A DNA stretch of 33,169 bases from Bigelowiella natans CCMP2755 (Eukaryota; Protista; Cercozoa). How positions within the stretch are numbered: position 1 is the stretch's first letter; each line of letters begins with the position of its first letter. The translations under genes and the position numbers were made by a program. The stretch lies in contig ADNK01002676.1 in NCBI GenBank assembly GCA_000320545.1, forward strand, positions 1 to 33,169. Direction: 5' to 3'. This document shows, piece by piece, positions 12,404 through 23,555 of the stretch. The notes under the pieces were generated by a model. The model was not told the origin of the DNA and did not search any database. It saw nothing but the letters and a program-made list of their open reading frames with translations.

Positions 12404-14248
12404 GTCTAGCAGCTAGCCGATCGTTTGTTGCGTAATATCGGTATTTATCATCGTATCGATCGTCGTGTCGTCAGCATGACAATAGACACACGTGTGTGTA
12501 ACATGAATATAATGCAAATGATATGTACTGTCTAGACTGTGTCTAAAGACATGTATACTGCATGTCGATGCGTCTGCGCCGCGCGGACTGACGCTAGCTA
12601 GCCAGCCACATGTACGCATGCTAGCCTAGTAGCATGTGCCGATCGAAACGAACAACAAAGGTCAAGTAACATAGTAATACCACGCCATGATGAATCATGT
12701 GCAGTCATGCATGCTTCTGCGAGCAGCTGCCTGAGTGAGTGATGCTTATCTTGGCATGCCCGTCCGCCACGCAAGAAAGCTTTGCCAATAATTTCTGCTG
12801 TGTACACGAACAGCAAGCGCTAGAGCATAGCACCGGCAACGCCATAGCACGCGTATATTATCTCATTGTAATACCTGCGCACTTGTATGTGCGGCAACGA
12901 TGGGATCATATTTTTTTTGTAAAATAATACCAGCATAACGCAATTGCAACTTTGTGCATATTGTTTGTTCGTACGTGCGCATCAAAAAACAACGAACGAT
13001 TTTTGTAGCGTGGGCAGTGAGTATTAACGCACGCTTTTGTGCTGTACATGTTTACATTATATCTATTACGATATTAAGAATCGAAGCCGAATTACAGGCT
13101 ATGTCAAATGCTAATTGAAGAGGATGCGATGTAACATCTCTAATCCATGGCCATGCTAGCATGCAATACTGCGAAAAATGATGCAAGCTTGAATGGTAGA
13201 AGATTCTTCGGTGGAATCTCTGCGCAGCAATACATGTGTATTATTCTTCGCAATAATTTACCAGGTGACCCACGGCCTCATCCATCTACATGCCCAGCGC
13301 TACGGATCAAATAGTCATCCCAACTATAACCAAGTTTCTATTACGGGACAATACGTATATAGCGTGCGAAATCTTGCTTCCTAGTTCAAAGTCCTGGCAT
13401 ACTCATACGGAGCTATCCTTACGCTGTTTCACAGCGAAATTATTGAGACACCGTACCCCCCCCACCCCCCCACACCACCCAGAAAACACACACAAAAGCC
13501 TTGTATCTGTTGCTATTTGATGTATGGGATTGTGTTAAAGACCAGATATCAGTGGTCTAAAACATTCCTAGGCAGTATAACAACACATTTTTGTTTGTCG
13601 ATGAAAAAATGCTTAGAGGGCAGTTTGCATGATTTCCACATTTTGACGGAGAGTCCAAATAGCTTTGCGTGCGAGCTTTCAACCTCAGACTCTGTGCAGA
13701 ATGTCCCACAACTTTCCAATATATAAGTCGAGGTATTAACATTTCTCGTATGAAGCTTGCCCTCGAAATGCAGTGGCATAGACATGAACGCTTCGACGCC
13801 GTTAAGGTGGAGAGCAAGCAATGCTGGGAAACGCTAAAAGCATTTCGATTCAAAGAAAAAAGGTTTTCTTAGGAAGAGAACAGCGAGGTTCGCGTTCATA
13901 ATCCCAGAGCCACTCTTTGGAAGCGCGCCTGACAAACGTCCGTGCGGAAGGCAGCTGGACATTCGGAAGACGACGACGACGAGGAGATCAAGAGCATGTT
14001 GTTGGACGCTGTTCGCATTCCCAATTTCAACTTGCGACAATGCTAATTACGGCCGAATTACACCTGCGACAACCTTGCGTGTTTTTGCCGACAAGTACAC
14101 ACACAGGGCTACGTTGTGCCGGACCTGTCACAATAAAACCACCCCTTGCAGCAACAACCCCACGCCTCCGATAGCTCGGTAGCGAATCCCCCGAAAGCGA
14201 ATCACTTTTCGTTCCAGGACGGCTCCTGAAGAAGAATCAAAGGTAACA

Positions 14249-15289
14249 ATGGCAAGCTCGAGGGAAAACCTCCCCAGGCTACTACATAGCCTCCTCAAGA
14301 AGTCGGGCCTTTCTACAACTGCTGGGACTTTCACGAGGGAGTTAGCCTCGGAGCTTGCCAAGGAGCTTCGCAATGAATCCACCAGTTCGACCCTAGAATG
14401 GGATGATGATGGAGAGACGGAAACAAGCTCTAGTAGAAGCTTCCATAAGCGCAACCCTCTGGATGGCTTTGATTCCAGGGGCACCAAAAGACGAAGACGC
14501 AACCCGAATAGCACAGAGACATCAAATGGTAGGGGTGGTGATTTCGAAGACTTTTTGGTTTTTGCGCTAGATCAATTTCGAAATAAAAGAAGCCGCGGGA
14601 GTAATTTTGGCAAAATAGAAAAGAAGTACGCATCCTACACCGACCTGCGCAAGGAAATCATCAAGACTTCGATCCACATGCAATCTTCGGGATTAGTATT
14701 GCATACGTCCGGAAACGTTAGTATTCGTGTACCCGATGATGATTTAATGCTGATTACACCCACTGGAATGGATTATAAAGAACTGAAACCTGAGGATATC
14801 GTACTGATGGATTTCGAAGGCAATGTTGTTCCTAATGAGAAGCGGGCGCCTTCCAGTGAATGGCGGTTCCACGGAGATATTTACCTCAAACGATCTGATG
14901 CAAAAGCCATAGTACACACGCATTCTACGTACTGTACAACACTGGCATGTTTAAGGAGGGATGTACCAGCGTTTCACTACATGATAGGTGCGGCAGGCGG
15001 GAAAACTATAAGGTGTGGGAAGTATGCTACCTACGGAACGCAGGAGTTATCCGATAATGCTTTAAGCGCGCTGAAAGGAAGACAAGCTTGCTTGCTTGCG
15101 AATCATGGTATGATTTCCTTGGGGAAAAACCTCAAATCAGCGATGAAACTAGCTGAAATTGTAGAGAACTTGTGCGAAATGTACTGGAGAACCCTAGCAG
15201 TAAGCGGTCCGGTGATCCTGGATGACCAAGAGATGGATGTGGTCCTAGAAGGCTTTAAAACCTATGGAAAGCAGCCAAAGAAGTCTTGA
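14249..15289 (+). CDS. Class II aldolase/adducin-family protein (L-fuculose-1-phosphate aldolase-like) with a ~125-aa N-terminal extension (LisH-like motif, basic KRRRR patch)
   Basis: The C-terminal ~215 aa has TSGNVS, LITPTG, PSSE (catalytic Glu), HTHS and NHG Zn ligands, and YATYGTQELS, all typical of FucA-like enzymes. A 42-nt in-frame GT...AG at 14529-14570 may be a small intron. Confidence 0.9.
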   Translation: MASSRENLPRLLHSLLKKSGLSTTAGTFTRELASELAKELRNESTSSTLEWDDDGETETSSSRSFHKRNPLDGFDSRGTKRRRRNPNSTETSNGRGGDFEDFLVFALDQFRNKRSRGSNFGKIEKKYASYTDLRKEIIKTSIHMQSSGLVLHTSGNVSIRVPDDDLMLITPTGMDYKELKPEDIVLMDFEGNVVPNEKRAPSSEWRFHGDIYLKRSDAKAIVHTHSTYCTTLACLRRDVPAFHYMIGAAGGKTIRCGKYATYGTQELSDNALSALKGRQACLLANHGMISLGKNLKSAMKLAEIVENLCEMYWRTLAVSGPVILDDQEMDVVLEGFKTYGKQPKKS

Positions 15290-15975
15290 TCTCTATGGTG
15301 AAGACTGGTGCAATATTATTGGAAGTTATCATCTGCCCTACCGTATTGCATCAGAAGACACCGCATGCAAAGCGAACACCCATTTTAAAAGTGACTCGTG
15401 GGACAGACATGAACTACACTAGTACATACGATGCCGGCATGGTTTCAATGTACGAACAGTTGTTACTACTGGCGATTTTCGCTACATGCATGCTGCAAAC
15501 TGAACATGGCAACAAATCTGTAGGCCTGCAATGCACAACATTTGTCATCATCACCGAATTATTAGTTATCCCTTGGAATCCATCGACGTAGCCTAGTAGC
15601 TGCGATGAGGCAACATTGTCACGTCTAACTGTCGTTGTCTACTGCAAAATTGTGCCTGATTTTGTGGCTCTTTCTGTCTAGCTGTGCCGCACTGCTAGAG
15701 CGTGTCATCTGTACCAGTGCACCATCGTCTGCACCATGACACTTGTGCATGCACAGATGATAGACATGCAATATACAATATATATAATATACATAGTGTA
15801 TTGCTGTGTCTATTGTACAGAATGCGATCGAAGCCCGACATCTATAGACATTATTGTGAGCTGCACAATGCGGATGTTCTAGTGTTGTTCATGAATGACG
15901 CAGATGTGCTGATGAGCGGTACATGTGCGGCGATGCAAACGCATGGGGCCCAGTTGGCTACATGGCTTCGCTTTA

Positions 15976-17554
15976 GACCACGCCCCTCAAGCTCTTCCCG
16001 TCGGAATTCATTTCTGCTTCCACAATGAATGATTCGTTCTCTAGTTCTCGATGGTGTCAATCAGCTTCGTCGAACAGCATTCATGCGCCCACCGCCAACA
16101 ACATGCTCGATTGTCCATTGGCACACACAATGAGGCGAACTCCGCAAGTGCTTCTAGAAGAGCAAAAAATGACAGAAAATTCTGTCAAGTCATTTCGGTG
16201 CGATCTAGTGCGGCCACGCACGATCAAAAAGCAAAATTGAAGCACACCACGCTTGAGCACATGACCATCCTGATGGATGGTCGGGAGCACCAGGCATGAC
16301 GAAAAAAAGCAAGAAGTTGCGAAATTTGCAAATTCTGAGTTCAGTGACTTCGAAATTTCACGCTTGTTTTCAGGCCTCAAATTTGTTTGTCACAAATTGA
16401 CCTCCAGCACACTCAAAAGCTGATTTTTTTTCTCGAACCAAGTCAAAACGTGTCTTTTTTTCACACGAATCATGCATGTGCAGTGCAGCTGCATTGTTTC
16501 AGTTCTTGCAGGAAACATGCGAAACTGTGAAATTCCCGGGTTTCGCCCACTTGTGTGGTGATTGCCACGCTTCCGCGTTCTGATGCTCTGGTGCTTCTTG
16601 CATCTGACACGTGCACACACAGCACCGCTAGACCGTGCGGATCAAAGCGTGAATGATGCGAAGATGCGAACAGTGCAGCATTTGGTCACGTGAAATTCAA
16701 CGCAAACTTCAGGTGTGGTGTTGACAAAACCCACGCGCAACGTTGCAGGTTCACGTTCTCGATCACGCCACGTGCGCTGTGCTAGCTCATCACGAAGAGC
16801 ATCACGTGCGCCTCGCGATCGCAAGCACGCGTGCGCAGTCTAGCAGTGGCCACGCACGCCTGGACACAGCACACGACCATTTCTGGGTTTTTGCAGTTTG
16901 CAAAACGCACGATGGATCGTCCAGTGACACGTTGAACTGGGCCAGTGGGCAACACGCCTGTCAACTGTTCATTGAACGTGAACGAGTCCAGCCAGTGCGT
17001 TCAATTGCCAAAAGTTCATCAACATGTGTCAAAAGTGCTGAGCGCCACCTTCTTCCTGATCAGCAATGTGCACGAGTGAGTGACAAAGTGAACGAGCAAA
17101 GCGGTTCCAACGATGCAGCGCAACGAATGAATGCGTGTGTTGAGCAACGTGGCAGGCGCGGTTGAAAAGAAAGAAAGACAAAAAGAAACTTGAATTGATC
17201 AACCACACAAGCTAGCAAGTGTTGCACGTGACACTTGCAAAGTGCCAAGCACAGTGCCTCGAGCTGTGAACGAGGACCCACTGGTGTGGAGACCAGCACG
17301 ATGAAACACAATTGGCGTGCATGGCTTGTCGCAGGAAATGACAGCACAATCAGTGCGAGATGAAGAACGACGCAGCGCATCCATCCTGACTGGGAACTTC
17401 CTGAAGTCTCTGTCAATGAGGCGATCCTTGTCCACGTGTCGCCAGAGGGCTTCTCAAGTGAAACTTTGGTTCGGAAGGAGTCAGAACCATCAGTGAAGGA
17501 GCAACAGAGGCACCAGCTGGGCCTCATCAAGAAGAAAGTCAGTGTTCGCGCATT
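15976..17554. other. TpA-purged intergenic block, probably a hypermutated repeat/TE relic
   Basis: Manual scan finds no TA dinucleotide except 7 inside CTAG (16041, 16154, 16205, 16628, 16782, 16840, 17212). Rich in TG/CA/CG. The right edge is sharp at cat|tacttagatacgta. Confidence 0.85.
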
Positions 17555-18060
17555 ACTTAGATACGTATTTCGTCAAATCTCCTGACAAATGTTCAGAAAT
17601 TTCAACTTTTAAGCCAGTTTTTCACACAACGACATCGGTTTTTAACTGATGCATCTTCAAAATCAGAGTGCAGGTGGGAAATACTCATGGAAAAGATATT
17701 TTTCGGTACAGTAAATTTGCGGCTTGGAAAATTCCATTCAATTTTTCAGGACATCTTCGGCCGAGACTTGTCGCACTGAGTAAAAATGGGTTAAGCGCAC
17801 AGTTTTCTTTTTCCACAAGAAATCACGTAACTAGGGGATACGATGCTGTTGTCTAGTGAGATTCTTTCTCGATGTTTTAGGGATTAGATGGTTCAAAATT
17901 TATCAAGAAGTAAAACAGCAAGGGCACAGTTGAGAACAACAACTTTTCCATTCTTTCGACAATTCATACCGCCATTATCGTAATTTTTTAATCCAACGTT
18001 TCTCTCCCATCTACGCGCAAACCCCAACCCCCCCCAAAGTCAAAGAACGGAAAGCTGAAA

Positions 18061-18489
18061 ATGGCCTCATACTATGAAGGGACATGGATTGGACACATGG
18101 ATGCCTTGGGCAAGAAGAGCGAGTGGAGGGACAAAACCGGGAAGGTCATTCAATACTCTGCGAAGCTGGCGGCCTTCGTCCTCGAGAACGATCTAAATAT
18201 GGGCGATCACGAGGCTGCTGGCCGTCTCAAGAAGCTTTCCAAATGGGTGGGGGCCAGCCGCAAAATATTCAAGCTCGGAAAATTCCTCAAACGTAGGTCC
18301 ATAGGGTTGTAGCTGCGTGAGGATGTCCTCCATATATAGTTGGTTTCATAGAGCAACCTTGTTTGTTTTCACGTACTGTAGCTAAAAAATTGTCAGATGA
18401 TTCTTTTATTCCATAAGGAATATTCCTTCCTTATTCTTTGTCTTCCCCCCTAACCACGCCCCTTCAACCTCCCCCCCCCCCTACACACA

Positions 18490-18544
<55 letters not shown>

Positions 18545-19557
18545 TATTATTTTCCTGTTGAAAGCATTATTTATATTTCATTGCGTTGTGTTTCATCATC
18601 TAAGATTTCGAAGACATCGAAGACTGCATGGATGAGAAGACTTACCCTGCCCTGAAATGGTCGGTACTCATCGTCGACGAACAAATTAATTAATGTTGTA
18701 AATGAGCCGAGCGATATGCAAAGGTGGTGACACAGAGATCCCACAGCTCTGCCACTGAATTTCCGAACCTTGTCGTAACCAGTAGGCATGACCTATTCTA
18801 TTTGACAACATTATCACAGGGCTGACTTTGTAATGAACATGGCCAAGGATATCACTGAAAATATTGAGACCGTCACCAAGTATGGTTTCCTTCCGAAGTC
18901 TTACGGTGTTATTATGGGCAAGAATGCCGAGGACATTGCAGATTTCACGAAAATGGTCCAGTGCCTTGTCTCTTTTGTGAACGGCCTCGTTGAAATTGGG
19001 TAATATTTCTTATATATATTTAATTGTGTGTGTATTTGTGTTTTTAAATACATCCGCTTGTGTGCGCGTTGATTCATTCTTTTCAGCATCTAATCTTGAC
19101 TGTGGTGATTCCCTCTTATTGTGAGCCAGACGTATGGAGGAGAAGATTAAAGGCTGTGCGGATATCAAAAAACTAAAGAAGCTTAATCTTAAGAATTCGT
19201 TCCTCTACTGGGCTCAGATCAAGGTCACAAACATACGAGCAGAAAAACTTCTGAATAGATGCTTGCCCTCTCTTTGGGTGTGAATGATATATCATCTCTT
19301 TTACGATGGGAGGGCTAGCAGAAGAGTTGGTACCTGGAGACACGGCTAACCCTAAATTTGATCTTATATTTATTCAGTATCTCACCGATGGTTTGAAATG
19401 CGCCGCTTCTCTCGGGTACACCTGGGCGCCTGGAAAGCGTGGAGCCATTATCTGTGGACTGCTGGCTGGTCTCGCGGACTCGCGAAAGCAGACTCTAAAG
19501 AATTGGGACAAGAGCGGCAAAGGATACACTGTTGCTATTGATCCCTACCTCTTCTAA
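18061..19557 (+). CDS. PEX11: Peroxisomal biogenesis factor 11 (PEX11) family protein, 5 exons, ~246 aa
   Basis: Exons 18061-18292, 18605-18659, 18820-18999, 19130-19223, 19378-19557 total 741 nt, all GT-AG and phase-compatible. PEX11 motifs RDKTGKVIQYSAK and LSKWVGASRKIFKLGKFL; C-terminal hydrophobic AIICGLLAGLA. Confidence 0.85.
18483..18540. repeat. (CA)n(GA)n microsatellite in PEX11 intron 1
   Basis: Directly visible. Confidence 0.9.
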
Positions 19558-20496
19558 AAAGAAAAAAAGAAAATGCTTGTGATACATGCTACACAGGCTG
19601 TTCCCATTATTGGTAGACGCTAGAAACATGCGGCGCATAAATTGGACTGCCTTTTCCCTGTGAATAGCTAAATCCTTCTTATCAGATCAGAGGCCTCTTT
19701 CAAGCGTTATCACCCCGTGCTGCTGCTCCCGCTAATGCAAGCACAACGTAGATAATCATGAAAACGCTGATATTTACTATTATATTCATGCAGTCACAAC
19801 ATGCCGGCGAAAATGAAGCTTTCAGCTTTATAATTCGTATATACTTATGTATTCAGGCATTCATTACATGCGTCGGCGAAACGTCACTTACAGCCTTAAC
19901 ATTTTGTATTTGTATGATGCATGTGCGCCGCCATGCAAGCTAATAAGCTAGCATGTTGGCTGCGCCCTGCACACACTCCAGTAATATAGCCGCGAGATAG
20001 TGCAGGGTTTTAACACAGCGCGATAAATAATAATGATGAATGAAGACAACAATACGACAACAACAACGACTGCGACAACGAATTATTGAAAACAATTCGT
20101 GTACGTAGAAAGTCGTCCCAATATGATTTTCTCTAACAATGATACGAATATCATGACGAAAGTATAGGGACATATATGTCCATATAAAAGGCTACAACAC
20201 ACTACGTAATTAAAATATCAACTGTGACAGTAACGCAGCGTACATAATATGTAAGACGGATGTAATGAATCAATTAAATTTGTTCAATGGTCATCTATGT
20301 AGCTGTGCAATGCAGCGGCTACATAATATATACTACGAGCGAAATCGTCGCATTAATAATGTGCATGTGCATGTGATGCAGAAACTTAAAGCTAGTGGTA
20401 CTAGGGATAGTATGTCCAAAGACGGTGGAATATAATTTGGACACTGCATAGATTTGGATTTGCCCGTACAAGTGCGCAGCTTAAGCAATCTGTACC

Positions 20497-22164
20497 TCAT
20501 AATTCGTACCCGTATTCACTACCGAGGATATTCATTTTAAATTTCATTCTATCATTCTTTTTGTTGCGAGAAGACTTCTTTCCTTCACTGCGGATTGCCC
20601 TGAGAAATGGCTTGACCGACTTCGTATCCGGACGCTCATGCTCTGCTTCCAGCGGGTACATCTCTTTGTAGATGCTGTCTCTTAGCCCCCCAAGATTTTT
20701 CTGGTACACACTGAGAGTGTGGTGCTCGAAAATGTGCCATCCCAGAACGAGCCTATTGTGCTCAGCTTGATCGACCACCCGGACGAAAGCTTCCTCATTT
20801 CTTCTGTATTTGTTCACAAGGCTGTTTCCGTTCCCCCCTGGGTATATCCAGTATATTGTCCCGGGCACCAGCAGTGAATCGGGGCTCGGGGGTTTTTCAA
20901 AATGGTCGCTCGTGCACGACCAATTAAGGTAAAAATCGCGTATGAGCCTGGCATTTTGCATGCTTAAGCGTGGCACCAGGTCCCCGTCCATTGAAATGCT
21001 GGAGAGTTCTGGCAGATACAGGTCAGCTGCAACTGAGGGGGGAGCGCCGAAAGTCACGGCTTTCAGAGATCGATAGGGGTAGTAGGTCGTATTCTCTATC
21101 TCATGACTAGCGCCTTCAGCAACCATCGCTTTGTTGTTGTATTGACAACTGTTCTCACCGCTCTTTGTCTTAATCTTAGTGCTTGTAAGAAGGATCGTAA
21201 GCAGCGTTGCTACAGCCCCCCCTAGAGAGTGACCGGTGAGAATAATGTCACGATTCGGATGGGCCAGCAGCAGTGGCGCGATTTCCTTCTCAAGGATGCA
21301 TTTCGCGCTGTGTAGGAAGCCATCATGCACCAGCACATCCTTTGGGCTAGATATAGCAGCATCCTTCTTCTTCTTATTCTCAGTCTTCGATTGGCTCCAC
21401 GACCGCCCCATAGATTTAGATCGATACTGGGGAGAAGGCGATCTATGCTGGAAGTGCTGTGCCCTTCGCTGGTCCGAAGATAGCTTGCGGTGATGGACTC
21501 TCAATCGCGTGACGTTGGTTTGGAAAGAAGTGAAAACGTCGTTTACATGCTGCGTTCCACGAATTGCGATGTAGAGGGTCAGATCATTCATATCCTCTGC
21601 GATGAAGAAAGCCGGAAGGTTGACGTCTGATGCCATGTTCCACTTTATGAGCCGCAGCCTTCTCGAATGCAGGAACCGCTCGATTCGCCATTGGTCCTCG
21701 TACGCCTTTACGGACATTTTCACACACAGGTGCATGAGGTCGAGTTGCTCTCTATCGAAAACGCGGTATTTAGAGACAGGGCCTGGAAAGTAACCCGACA
21801 TCATCGATCCCATGATCTTGTTTTTGCTTAGCATGGTCAGTCGAAACATGTCGATCGTTCGCCGGAAAATGTCGTTAAGAGGCATCGTTGTGACGTTGCG
21901 GAAAGTGCTATTGGCCCAGTTCAGAAACATAAAAAAGTCGTCAGGGACGCCTTCCGCGTTTCGAGCCCTTGCATTTCGCTGCTCGATTTGAAAGTTTGCG
22001 CGACGTCCGAACTCCCATTTTAAGCGCTTTCCAAGTAAAAATTGGGCGACGGCTTTGAACGGACCGGGGATCGAGGGCTGCTCTCCAGCCGGTCCTGCGT
22101 TGTCTTCCGCTGCTGGTGCAAAGCTCAGCCCCATCGCGAGGAGGAACAGAACGAAAAACCTCAT
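20497..22164 (-). CDS. Secreted class 3 lipase (alpha/beta hydrolase), apparently intronless; alternative ATG at 22179
   Basis: Signal peptide MRFFVLFLLAMGLSFAPA. Lipase_3 motifs IAIRGT, VHDGF, nucleophile elbow TGHSLGGAVA, TFGAP, DLVPRL (catalytic Asp) and HH..SVY (catalytic His). Confidence 0.9.
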   Translation of the reverse strand: MRFFVLFLLAMGLSFAPAAEDNAGPAGEQPSIPGPFKAVAQFLLGKRLKWEFGRRANFQIEQRNARARNAEGVPDDFFMFLNWANSTFRNVTTMPLNDIFRRTIDMFRLTMLSKNKIMGSMMSGYFPGPVSKYRVFDREQLDLMHLCVKMSVKAYEDQWRIERFLHSRRLRLIKWNMASDVNLPAFFIAEDMNDLTLYIAIRGTQHVNDVFTSFQTNVTRLRVHHRKLSSDQRRAQHFQHRSPSPQYRSKSMGRSWSQSKTENKKKKDAAISSPKDVLVHDGFLHSAKCILEKEIAPLLLAHPNRDIILTGHSLGGAVATLLTILLTSTKIKTKSGENSCQYNNKAMVAEGASHEIENTTYYPYRSLKAVTFGAPPSVAADLYLPELSSISMDGDLVPRLSMQNARLIRDFYLNWSCTSDHFEKPPSPDSLLVPGTIYWIYPGGNGNSLVNKYRRNEEAFVRVVDQAEHNRLVLGWHIFEHHTLSVYQKNLGGLRDSIYKEMYPLEAEHERPDTKSVKPFLRAIRSEGKKSSRNKKNDRMKFKMNILGSEYGYEL

Positions 22165-22441
22165 TGCAGGGAGTTCCATCTCAAGATTCTTCACGTCTTT
22201 TCAGGTTCAAACTCTTACTGGAGAGAAGCCTTCTACTGCATGGCCTCGTTTCGCTCCTCCTCTTCGCAGATGTAGTGTTGCTCTTAATGGAGAGATGGGG
22301 TTATGCAAGTGCTCTCGTTCTCATGAGTGCACGTCTCCAAGGAATCTCCGAGACGATTAACTCAACTTTTCTTTATTCTTTAAATTGTTTGGGATTTCAT
22401 GCGTGCGACAACATTTTCATGCATCTAAGTTGAAGTCACTA

Positions 22442-23555
22442 AAGTCACAAACAACATGTGATCAGTTGATGAGCACGAGTGGGACTCACGACGATCCGGC
22501 TCTCAACATGCTGGTGTGCCTTCGATCGACGAAGAAATCGACAGAGCTTTCCGTCGAACCATTGTCCAGCTCGATGATTGTTCTGCTGTCCGGCCAATCT
22601 GTCTCAACAAGCTGTGTAGCTGCTGCAAGTCGACACCAGCTAGTTTTGACCGCCCAACACCAACAGGATGTGACAAGTCCTCGCAATGATTTGTCATGGA
22701 CACAGTGATGGCATGCACAATGCACACATGACATTGCATGTCTGTTAACAGTAATAGCACATGTAATGTGTACATGATATTACATGTCTATCATGACATT
22801 TGTTTGCATGATTTGCAGGCGCGAGCTGCAGTGCAACTGCACGTCTTCCACGTGCATGGTCCTTGCGCACGTCATATTATGCATTGATGCTCAGTTCAAT
22901 GTTCAATTGTTCAATGTTCAACGCAACTGCTCAAGCTTTGCAGGAATCACTCCATGCAATTCGTTCATTTGCACCGCTCTGGCGCATCTGGCATTGCTAG
23001 ATTGTCGCGCGCACGCACGCTAGCACGGCTGAGTGTTGCTAGACGGACCGCTGCGCGATTATCGCGACAGCATCGACGGCAGGACGCAGACAAATGCTTT
23101 CAAATGCATGAAGCACATGCAGGCAGACATGAATGGACATGGCATGAGCGCTGTGGTGAGCCGCTGCTTTCAGCTTTGTGCACGTACTAGCGTAGCTGCA
23201 TCAGGACAGATGACCATTGAAAATGTTCAATCATCAATGATCACTTCATTGCACCTGTCTCATGCATGATGTGCACCATGTCCATTGTTCCTAAATGCAC
23301 AATGGTACATGCAAACATGATGACACGAAATGAATCACACCACACATGTCTAGCTAGATGTGCGCCGAAAGTGCATGAGCTACACATCTTGGATCGAATG
23401 GAACTGCTTGTTAGAAACATGATGTGCACATCTAGACATGCATGTGTTTTCTGCAATCCCCTACGATAGCTCTAGAGCTCATGAACCGAGATGACACTTG
23501 TTTCTCCTTCCTTCCCAATGTCAAAATCTGCGTGCATTGGGAAATTTCATCACAG
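22442..23555. other. Patchily TpA-depleted, TG/CA/CTAG-rich intergenic block
   Basis: 22442-22745 has one GTAG and one CTAG. 22881-23059 has only three CTAG. 23062-23185 has no TA. TA-retaining patches lie at ~22746-22791 and 22875-22880. Confidence 0.7.

Noticed and set aside
13517-14174. Short ORFs upstream of the aldolase
   Set aside because: No recognisable motifs, interrupted frames and no consistent splice chain
16025-17530. Many overlapping 60-156 aa ORFs on both strands, rich in Cys/His/Ala/Val (also at 22385-23469 and 31307-31716)
   Set aside because: Loss of TA removes TAA, most TAG and Tyr codons, so ORFs lengthen artificially. No domain is recognisable.
15976-17554. Classical RIP or CpG-methylation decay as the cause of TG/CA richness
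   Set aside because: CpG is plentiful and TpA is absent, the opposite of both signatures.
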